64,000 bases of DNA, taken from positions 83,328,001 through 83,392,000 of the forward strand of contig NC_067404.1 in NCBI RefSeq assembly GCF_016432865.1, written 5' to 3'. The notes below the pieces were generated by a model. It was not told the origin of the DNA and did no database searches. It saw nothing but the letters and a program-made list of their open reading frames with translations. The position numbers were made by a program, and so were the translations under genes. Below, one piece after another: positions 22,382 through 36,600 of the stretch. The stretch comes from Antechinus flavipes (lineage: Eukaryota). The stretch's first letter is position 1. The number at the start of each line of letters is the position of its first letter.

Positions 22382-24366
22382 ATGGAAGGCCAGATTCCTT
22401 ATGATGATTACCCGGTGGTCTTCTTGCCACCCTATGAGAATCCCCCAGCCTGGATTCCTCCTCATGAGGTGTGTTGTTATCCCCTTCTTCTTGTGTGGGG
22501 CCAGTGGGGAAATGGGGAGGCTGTCGTGACTCGGGTTTGATGCCTGGACTCAGTGACTGATTGTAGGGGAAGGCTTAGAATGAAACAATTCTGCCTCACT
22601 GTCCTGCCTAGGAACCTTCTCTAAAGGCCTTTTGACATTCAGCTCTGTCCCTGGTACCTTTGAAGTGGAATTGCAAGTCTCAGTGTGTCCCTCCCTTGGG
22701 GAGACCCTTCTAAACAATTATTTGTTGTTAAGTCATTTCAGTTGTGTCCCACTCTTCATGACCCCGTTTGGGATTTTCTTGGCAAAGATACTGAAGTGGT
22801 TTGCCATTTCCTTCTCCGGCTCATTTTACAGATGAGGAAACTGAGGCAAACAGGGTGAAGCGACTTGCCCAAGGTCATACGGTTAGTGTTTGAGGCTGGA
22901 TTTGAACTAGGAAGCCCAGTGCTCTATCACCTAGCTACCCTAACAACTCCAATTTACTGTACTCTAATTCCTGCCCAACCTGTCCCTTCTAGGGCATTCT
23001 AAACACGTAGAGCCCAATGGTTTTCATTTCATCAGGAGGAGAAGACTCAGCTGGGTGATATTGGTGGGCCTCCTTGTGCCAAGTCCATGACTACTCTTTC
23101 TTGTCCTGGCTCCAGAATGAGCTGAAAGTAAAACAGAGGGAGGACCTCTGGAAAGGGAATGTGATTCCTGGGGGTGGGCTATGTATTGCAGAGGGTCTAC
23201 CACCCAGACTACAACAATGAATTGACCCAGTTTCTGCCTCGGACCATCATGCTGAAGAAGCCCCCAGGAGCCCAGGTAAGCCTGCGGAGCGTCCTTTTCT
23301 TATACCAGGTTGAGTTGACCTTGCCGAGGGCATTTGCTTAGAGCTTAGCCTAGGGTTGAAGTAGAATAGTAATCCGAGGCAGACCCCGTTTCCCCCCACA
23401 ATCCTGGGAGTGCTGAAATGCCACCACCGATTTTCATTTCTCTCTTTAGAAGAGCCAAGTCAGCTTTAGTGTTATCCTTTGTGGGACTAGATGCTCTTGT
23501 CCATGTGCCTTCTCTGCTGAATCTCCTTCACCGTGTCCTTCTCTTACAGTTGGGATTTAACATCCGTGGGGGAAAGGCCTCCCAGCTGGGTATCTTCATC
23601 TCCAAGGTGGGTCAGTGAACAAGGGAACATCCTGCATTATATTTGACTGGCTCGTCTACAAGTAGAGCCCTAGTTGGCCTGGTGTTAGGAGATGGATGCT
23701 CTAGAGTTCACAAAGCGATTCTTTATTCTTGGCAGACCCTTATCTTAGTTCCACCCCCCTGACTGCCAGATCAGCTGCCCCCTGTCTGGTTCATACAGGC
23801 TTCCCTACAAAGCCGTTTTCCTACAACCCTTCCATGTGTCCTTCATATTCCTGACAGGTGATTCCTGACTCAGATGCCCATCGGGCAGGACTACAGGAAG
23901 GAGACCAGGTTCTAGCTGTAAATGAAGTGGATTTCCAAGATATTGAGCACAGCAAGGTGAAAGAGTCCCCAGCCCTGTGGATGGGTCAGATTGGGCAACC
24001 CAGGAAAGTGTGACACGCAGCCAGTGTTGGGGGTCTTGGGGCCTGTATTGGGGGTGCCAGGGGTCTGTGTTTCTGCTTTTTCCTAGCTCCTTCTGCCTTT
24101 CAGGCTGTGGAGATCCTGAAGACAGCCCGAGAGATCAGCATGCGTGTCCGCTTCTTCCCCTACAGTATGTTTCTGAGTGAAGGGCCCTGATAGTCACAGT
24201 TCTATTTGTAATTGCCAAGGGCCCTGGGTTGTAAGATACTTTAGCAGCAGAAACTGGGAGCAGAGAGGGAGGCAGGCTTTCTGCCACGAGAGAGCTGTAC
24301 CCTTTCTTCTGTGGATTTTTCTCATCCCCAGATTATCATCGCCAGAAGGAGAGGACTGTACACTAG
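22382..24366 (+). CDS. PDZD11: PDZ domain-containing protein 11 (140 aa)
   Basis: Exons 22382-22468, 23192-23275, 23550-23606, 23858-23956, 24104-24164, 24332-24366 total 423 nt. Translation MEGQIPYDDYPVVFLPPYENPPAWIPPHERVYHPDYNNELTQF...LGFNIRGGKASQLGIFISKV...NYHRQKERTVH*. All junctions GT-AG. Confidence 0.97.
22721..22940 (-). mobile_element. MAR1-like CORE-SINE in PDZD11 intron
   Basis: Same diagnostic tail (TTCTTGGCAAAGATACTGAAGTGGTTTGCCATTTCCTTCTCC) and core. Confidence 0.75.
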
Positions 24367-24619
24367 GAGCTGCACCCTTCCCCTGCATGTAGAATCTCCC
24401 TGGAATACCGGACTTAGAAAGCACCCAGGAAATCTTGCGCTGAACCAGACCTCAGCCTGCACTGCCCTGAACTACACTGCACTTTCTCTCATTTTCTGGG
24501 TGGACGTCAGGCCTAGTAAAGGCAAGGGAACCTTTCTAGGGAGAATCCCCTTCCTCTCTGCCAGCATTGATCTGTGACAGGGAGCCCAATGAAAACCTCA
24601 TTCCCCCTCTCCCCTGATA

Positions 24620-24625
24620 AATAAA
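24620..24625 (+). terminator. PDZD11 polyadenylation signal AATAAA
   Basis: AATAAA ~250 nt after the stop codon, followed by GT/T-rich sequence. Confidence 0.7.
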
Positions 24626-26053
24626 AGGAAAATCTGGATTACTGTTGATGTGGCTTTATCATTTGGATTGGGCAAGCGCCACATTCAAGTCAGGGAGAGG
24701 GCGGGCTGTGAAAATCTTTGTAACAGGCAATGAGGTGGCAAGTAGCGCCCACTTCCGCCACGGGCACTGTGCTTAAGGGCTTCTCTTGTGGTTAGCATAA
24801 GCCTCGGCTCTGGTTTCCCCAAATCAGGGCAGCCTCGTCTGCCATCTCTCCCACCCCGAGGCCTGCTTCCCTTGTTTTCGGCACTCATAGCTGAAGCCAG
24901 CTATACAAAAACCTGGTTTGCCACCCATCTGGGGCATGAACCTGTACAAAAGGGAGAGTGTGGAAGGGAAAGGATAACAGGGTACCCCTAAGTTTGGGAT
25001 CTGAGACCAAAGCAGAGCTGAGAAGAGCAGGTGCTAATCCCATGCCCGAACTAACAATTCCGGGGCAAATAAACAAACCAGTGTTGCTAAAGGCCTTCTG
25101 GTCGACCTGTTGTCTGGCCAGGAGGTAAATGGGATGGTATGGGGGGGTCATTCTAGAGCTCTAAAGCCAAAGAAAACCATTGTGGTGGCCATGTGTGATG
25201 GAAACTTCGCCTGAATGAGGGTGACCCCATCCTCTTAGCTCCCAGCCTTCCCCAGGCCTATTCTGCCTCACTTCTGTTTCCTTCCCTTTGCTTCCCCAAG
25301 AGCTGAAATTAAGCTGCTTAACGCCTACCCTCTTTCTGGGTCTGCCATCCTCTTTCTCCCCTCCACCTCCACCTCCACCTCTGAAGTGTGAACCGTATTT
25401 GTTCCTGCAATGGAGTGGCTTCCCAAGCCCCTACTCTTTTGGACAGTGGGAGGGGTCTGGCTAGGCGGGGTGCAGGCAGTCAGAGGCCTTGGCCGATCGG
25501 GTCAGGCCGGGGGGGATATGAGACGACTGGCGTTCAAGGCCGAGAGGCCGGATGAGCATGGGGGCAGAGCGGGATCCCTGCCCTGTTGCAGCCCAGACTG
25601 TCACCGTCAGGCTTTTAGGGTTAGGCAATCTCGGTTCGCAAATTGCGGTTGGGCCAGAGAAGAGACTTGTGGGATGTGGGCTCGAGCCCCACGGCGGGAG
25701 CCGATTGGCTGAGCCTCGACGGCTCGCTTCTATTGGTCACACGGAGAGGTCCATTTCCGCGGCTCTCTCGTGATTGGCCGCTCTAAAAGTCACGGGATTG
25801 CCGGGAGGGGCGGGTTTGTTTACTTCGGGACCTCCGGACTTTGCTCGCTCCGCGCCCCTTCTACTGCCCCCCCGCCCCCTCAGGGACACCTGTGAGGTTC
25901 CCACCCAACCGACCGTAGGTAGGGGGGCTGGCGAGGGGCCCCTCCGAGCTTCCTCGGCCGTCGGGCCCAGGGGGCGAGGCTTTCAGAAAGGAGGGGATGG
26001 GCGGCCCGGAGGGGAACAGGGACACGCGGGGGGCCGGGGGCGATGCTAAGCCA

Positions 26054-26059
26054 TTTATT
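26054..26059 (-). terminator. RAB41 polyadenylation signal AATAAA
   Basis: TTTATT on the plus strand ~375 nt past the TAA at 26433-26435. Confidence 0.65.
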
Positions 26060-26432
26060 AAAGAAGCGAATGGAACAGAGAAGACGCGGGCGAGCCGGGC
26101 AGCTTGAGGCTGAGGGCTGATCGAGACCTTCCCACCCCGATGAGGAGGGAAGGCTGGAGGCCATCAGGACCGCGCTGGGAAAGGCTCGGCCTCCAGAAAA
26201 TCCAGTGTCACACCCCGGCCTCCTCTGGGGTCGAGCTGTCTGTCTCCGTGGGTTCCGGCTGAGCCGGACTGCGGGGGCAGCACCCGGGAAAGAGAGGCGA
26301 GGGACAGACTGAGATGATGGAAGGAACCTCGGAGGGGGCAGCAAAACTAGGAGCGCGAGGTTCAAATCCACTAAGTAGAGCCCGCCCACTGTGAGGTGGG
26401 GATAACGGGCTCCCCCGAGTGGGGCTGGCTTC

Positions 26433-30222
<3,790 letters not shown>

Positions 30223-31254
30223 CTTGAGCCCCGGCAGTCTCTGCTGGTCGGGTGGCAACTTAGAGGGACCGGGGTTAGGGATGGAATGAAGGCTAGGGAG
30301 CCCGGCGGGTGGCCTTGGCCACGCCCCCTGCGGACGCCCGGCACGTGCCAGCCTTTGCCTGGGGGGAGGAGTGTGCCGGTCAAACTGTCCCGCCCCCGGG
30401 GAAGAGTAGAGGGCTGGAGGCTGGTGCTTGGGGGCCCGCCAGCCCCCCGCTCCCCGCTCTGGCCCCCAGTCACTCGTGGAGGTGGTCGGCCGCTGCCGGC
30501 CGCCAGGTGCATCGTTCAGGGCTCCCCCGAGCCTTCCCGGATCCCGGACTCACTTTCTCCCTTTGCCCCCGAGGGATCGGGCTCCCGGCTCTCCCAGCCC
30601 CTGAATTCAATGGGACGCTCGCTGTAAAGCCGGCCAGGGTCCTGGGGACCTCTTGCGGGGCCCCTCCAAGGGAAAGCGAGGCAAGGGCTCTAATTTAGGG
30701 GAGGGGACGAGAAGCTAAGACTTGAGACTCCCGGTGCCTGCCAACCGTCCCGGCGCGGTCCCGCGGGCTTCTGCCTCCTCCCTCCCCTCCCCATCTACTC
30801 TCACTCTCCTCCTGCTTGCACCAGACTGTCTCTAAGGCTCTGGTGCCGGTGCCACCCAGCCTCCCAGCCTCCCAGAGTCCCTCTCCCCAGCACTGGCTAG
30901 GGTGGAGGAAATCGGACTGCTTCTGCTTCCTCGGACCCCTTGACCAACATGGACCAGCAGACCAACCCTCTGCAACCCCTAGAGGGGGACACCGGAGGTT
31001 CAAGCTGGGGAGGCGCGGAGGGGCAGGAAGGGTTCGAGGCAGGTTGGAGCCTCCGGTTCCAAGGCCCTGAACATTTGTCCCCCAGAATCTCAGGGAGAAG
31101 GGCCTCCGAAGCAGCAAAGCCCACTAGTATGTGACCGAAATCCCTTTTCCAGTCACCATTCAGTCTCTCCCTGACTTTCTCCAACAAAGGGGAACCCGCT
31201 CTTTCCCGAGGCTCCCCATTCCACCGTGGGGTGACACTCCTTATCAGGAAGCCC

Positions 31255-31316
31255 ATCGGGACCTCGTTCCCCCCCTCGGGACCTCGTTCCCCCTATCGGG
31301 ACCTCGTTCCCCCCAT
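31255..31316. repeat. 20-bp minisatellite, 3 copies (CGGGACCTCGTTCCCC core)
   Basis: Direct reading: ATCGGGACCTCGTTCCCCCC repeated with 20-bp period. Confidence 0.85.
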
Positions 31317-32070
31317 CTGCTCTTTGCTGGGCCCTCTAGGATTGCCCTAGGAAGGGCTTCGGCTGGCTTCCCCGAGCTGGCTTCCGTTGGATGGACCACA
31401 GGTCAGAGCCCCCCGGCGGGAGTCGGGCTGCTGCGGAGGGCAAGGCAGCTAGGGGGCCACGGCCTCGCTCCCCCAGTTCTGACCCCAAGCTCCACTCGAA
31501 TTTTCAGGAATACTCGATTCCCTAATGAAAATCCCCCGCCCCTTACTTCACACTTAATGACCATTAAGGACCAGGAGCCAGGCCACCCATTTCCCCAAAC
31601 CCCACTTCCCAGATATGACAATGGGAGAACTCAGATCGCCGCCGAGATCATAGACCCCAAAGAGGGCCCGAAGCTTCGGAGCTGCGTGACGTTCCGGTCC
31701 AATCCCTTCATCTGGGGAGTCTGAGGCCCTCGGCCCACATCACACAAGACCCGCGTTTGGGCCTCAGACTCATAAAGAAGGTCCTGGATATTCTGTTCAG
31801 TACAAGTCCTTTGATCATCTGAAGAGAAGACTCGGGGCTCCCGGCCAAGTACAGGCAGTGTCCCATTATAGTCTGGCTTATTGGGCCCCAGTCCAGCGCG
31901 GTCCCTTATCCACCCATTCCTCGCAAACCCACCTGATGACGCCATCGCGTCTGTTGTCCCTCACTCCCCCAGCCATTCAGAGAAGAAGCCCGAAGTGCAG
32001 CCCTCAGGGACACGTGGGCACCCCCTGCCCCTCCCGGAACAAGAAACACACTGTCTGCAAGTCAGTCTAC

Positions 32071-32076
32071 TTTATT
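32071..32076 (-). terminator. ARR3 polyadenylation signal AATAAA
   Basis: TTTATT on the plus strand ~65 nt after the ARR3 stop (32139-32141). Confidence 0.75.
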
Positions 32077-32138
32077 TGGGGCCACGTTCAATTCGTCTCA
32101 CGGGGAGACATCGCAGGGCCCAGGCTCCATGGGCTTCC

Positions 32139-33594
32139 TTAGTTGTCCTCAGGGTTGGGGGCCTCCTCCTCAGGCTCATCTCCCCCCTGGCCCTTTGGCC
32201 ATCTCTGAGCAAACTCCTCGATGATGATGTCCTCACTTCTGGAGCAGCAGCCAAAGGAGGAGGGGGAGGGAAGACTCGAATAGACACCGAAACCTTTCCT
32301 TCTTCGTGGCCCTCCCTCTCATCTCCCAGCCTGGACCCTCCCTTCCCCTGCCCTGCTCCCTTTTCCCTCTCCTTCTCGTTCCCCTCTCTCCCTCTCCTTC
32401 CCTTCCTCCTTTTCCCCTCTCCTCCTTCCCTTCCCCGCTTTCTCTCTCCCTCCCCCTTCCCTTTTTCCCTTCACTTGCCCTACAACTGTCTGGACAGTCT
32501 ATTCATTGCCCTCTCCTCTGAGAGACACCCGTCCTCCTCTCCCCGAGTATCCCCCCCCCCAGGTCCTTTCCTCCTCAGAGGCAGAGAGAAGCAAGCGAAA
32601 GGCACTCTGGGGGAGGGGCCCTACCATCCCACATTGTCACATCGGAAGCAATCTCCTCCATAAAACTTGTCATTCCAAGAGAGAAGGGAGCGGGTTGGGT
32701 CAGCTAATTTCCCCATTTCTAAAGGTCAACCCCCTCTCCCCTCCCCCTCCCCGGTACCTGGTGACATCTGCAGCCCAGGGGAGAGCACACGATTGAAATT
32801 ATAGGGTCTCAGAGCTAGAACTGAGAGGTGCTTCACACAACAGGTGGACCAGCCCCCTCATTTGACAGAGGCGCTAACTGAGCAGGGTTAGGGAGGTGTG
32901 ATCCCCTGGGGAAGGCGACTGGGACTTGCCCAAGCTCACACGAGTAGTCGTTTCCCTCTGGAGCTAGGGATTTCTTGAGAGGTCATTTTCATTCAAGCCC
33001 CTCATTTGATAGAGTAGGGAACCGAGGCCCAGAGAAGACAAGGCCACTCCAGGAGTAAGTAACTGAGCCAGGATTCAAAGCCAGGGCCTCTGGCTACCGG
33101 ATTTCGGGCGACCAAGTCTCGGGGAGACATGCTTGCTCAGCGGCATCCGACCCTTCCGACGTACGACTCAGAGCTTCTCCAACCTCCCTCTGTCCCCCTT
33201 CCACCCCAGCCCACCCCCGAGCTGGTCCATCAGGGCAGCCAAGCGGGACCCCGGTGCCACTCACCGTAAGATGGCTTGGGATGCATCAGGCTCAAGGGCA
33301 GCACCACACTCATGTCACTGCCAAGATGCCCCCAGAGTCGTCATTGACCTCCCCAAGCCAGAGCCCTCAGCCGATCTCCCCACTTGCTCCTCTGAGCCTT
33401 AAATCCCCGTGCAGCCCTTCCTCCCTCTCACCTGGATGTCAGATCTCCTAGGATGCTGGGGACAGAAAGAAACCCAGGGTTAGCAGCTGGGCAAAGAAAA
33501 GGGGGACCTAATTTCCTTGGAAGTGAGCGGGTTTAGAATAATTCTCCCATGAGATCTTCCCACTGGGGAATGGCAGTGGGGGGGGAGTATTTGG

Positions 33595-33648
<54 letters not shown>

Positions 33649-36600
33649 TGTATGTGAAGATGGAGAGCAGGCTTACCTTGGGAGGAAATGGGAAGAGACC
33701 CTGAATAAACAGGGCCAGCAAGGACAGTAATGTGAGAGCCCTGCTCTGGGCTTAACTGGGACTCACCCTCCGCGAGATACCACGATGTTGATCCTGACTT
33801 GGTAGGACACTAGGATCCCCAGAGCCTCTTTGTCCGTGCCAGGTTGAAGACTGAGAAGAAGGGATTTTGTTGTTTTTGAGGAGAGAGGGATTGTGGGAGA
33901 CACCAGATCCTGATGGGTTTTTCCCTTTAGAATGTCCCTTTCCATTCTGATTGGTATTGCTCTCTCTGGGGCTTTCTGGGGCTCCCAGAGCGGGAGACCT
34001 CGGTCCACTAGAGAAAGAAACTGACGTGGCGATGGTCACGCGATCAGGAAATGTGTCAGGGGCGGTAATGGGACCCGAGTCCTCTCGGACGTAAAGCCGG
34101 AGTGCTTTCCAGCACACTAGGAGGCCTCTCTCAACATATCCCTCCCGGGCCCAAGTTCAAGTTCCTCCAAGCCCTCCCCAGTCGGAGCCCATACACTGCT
34201 TAGAAAGGTAGAACAGGAGAAGACTTGAGGAAGCTATGGCTACTCCTTCATTTTACAGCAGCCTGGAGAGAACCAGGGAGCTGCTGAAGGAGAAAGAGCT
34301 AATAAGCAGCAGGGCTGGAGCAGGAACTGGAAAAGGGCCAATCCTGCAATGAACAATTCCTCAACTTGCCTGGGAGAACTCTAGCTAGCTAGATTATAAG
34401 CATCCCCAGGGCAGAGCTTCATTCAGTCATCCCCTTGACATCCACTAGCACAGGATAGAGCCCTTAGTAGGTACTGAAGAGATACTTGGCAACTGACAAG
34501 GAGAGCTATAGGATCTTAGGCAAGTCACTTTTCCTTTCTGGCTCTCCATTTCATTATGTGCAGAATGACAGGGGTGGACCAGATGTTCTCCGAGGTCTCT
34601 TCGCGTCTAAGACCTCAGATCCTCCTATCCATGATTCAATAGAATATTCACTTCAAATCAGCAAATCCTTCTTTCTTACCTACTATGTGCAAGGTCTTTT
34701 GCTGAGCCCTCAGATTCTCTGACTATTGACCGGGGGAAAGATGGACTGAGGAATGAGGGAAGAGAGAGGGGACCACGGACCTGGGGGATTGAAGTCGGAG
34801 GCCCAGGGCACCTTGGGGCAGCTTGGCTCGAACCCTTCCAGTGGCTGGAGCTATTTGTGTTGATGGTCACACTCTACTGTCACGTGGATTTTCATTTTCT
34901 TTCTTTCTTTTCACCCCCTTCTTTTTACCTTTCCTCTTCTACCCTTCCACTGGACTTTCTCCTCTTCCCTGACGCCCTCTAATGGCCTTAGGTCTGTCGG
35001 GTGCCCCTTCCCCCCCAGGGATCGCACTGGTTGCTAATGGCCAACAGGGCTAGGGAGTCCGTTGAGCCCTGGCCCGGCCCGTTTTGCTCTGAGGGCCTGC
35101 CTTCTGGGTGCATTGGGAGTCACTGTTGAGGAGAAAGGCCAGCGACCGGGAAGGAACAGGGCTATCCTCACATGGTACTCGAGGCCAGATTGGTGTCTTC
35201 ATGCTTAAGTTTGCCATCCAAGGCCAGGCCCTGTTTCTGACGGTTGGCGGCCAGGGTGGGGGTCGCCGTGAAGCTCTTGGAAAAGGTAGAGTTAGCAGCC
35301 ACAGTCTCGCTGTTGGAGGAGGCAAACAAGGACCCTGGATGAGAGGACCGACTGAGCAGAGTCTAGTTCTAGTCACTGGGATGGGTTGGAAAAGGCCCTA
35401 GACATTCACTGGACTCTGGGCAAGTCGTTTCCCCTTTCTGTGCCTCAGTTTCCTTTTCTGTGAAATGATCCTCCCCCGGAAAAACGTTTCTGTCAAATGT
35501 GAAAGGCTGTCTACGTGATTTCTAGCAACGCTATACAACTTTAAAGTTTTTCTAACGTCCCCGAGGGAGGCAAGAGGTGTGTTAGTAGGCCCACTTGGTT
35601 GTCGGTCAGTCATTTGCAGTTTTGTCTGACTCTGTGACCCCGTTTGGAGTTTTCTTGGCAAAGATACCGGTTTGCCATGTCCTTCTTCAGCTCATTGGCA
35701 GATGAGGTAACTGAAGCAAACAGGGTGAAGTGACTCGCCCCAGGGTCCCACAGCTAGAAGAACTTCTAGTTTCCAAGGCCAGATTCGATCTCAGGAAGAC
35801 GAGTCTTCCTGATTCCAGGCCCAGAGCTCTAGGCAATGTAACACCTAGCAGCCCAGATCCACTTTCTAGATGAGGAAACTGAGGCAGGGACATGGACTTG
35901 CCCAAGGCCACACTGTTAGCAAACCTAGATCTTTCCTGACTACAAGTTCAGCCCTCTTCCCTTACAATGAATGTCCTTCTACCCCCAGCACAAATGGAAG
36001 ATTCTGCTAGAATCGTGAATGATTCCAGAAGACTCCTGGGTAATCTTGACAGGTGTCAGGTCTGAGTTGAGTGGTGGGACCAGTGAGCCCAAGGAGACAG
36101 GGGAGAGACCCCTGTGCTTCTGCCTCTTCCTCTCCTCCCCCCTTCAGAAGGACAGGACATCGGTAGAAATGAGGGGTTTGAATCAGATCTTATACCTCCA
36201 TGTCCAGAGATCGCCTTCCACTTTACTGGGACTCCCCTTCACTTGCTTGCCCTCGAGATCCAGTTTTTCTCAGGCCCTAACAGCTCGTCTTTCCTGCCCC
36301 TTTCAGCTCTATCCCCCTTTCGCTTCCAGTCCTTTGCCCCCTCATCCTATGGGTGTTTTTTCAACCCCCTTCCCCTCCGGCCCTCTGCCTACCCTTCCCC
36401 TTCCCTTTCCCCCTCCTCCCACCTCAGTCTCCCATCCTCAGAAAAGGTTCTCACCCAAACTCTTCAGAGAACACGGTTTTGGTGTACTTGTCCCCAGAGT
36501 ACAGGACAACATCCACGATCTGGTCAACTGCACGTCACAGTCAGAGCCGGGGATAGAACATATCTGTGAAGCGATGCTCCCGCCCCCAGGACCCGGCCCC

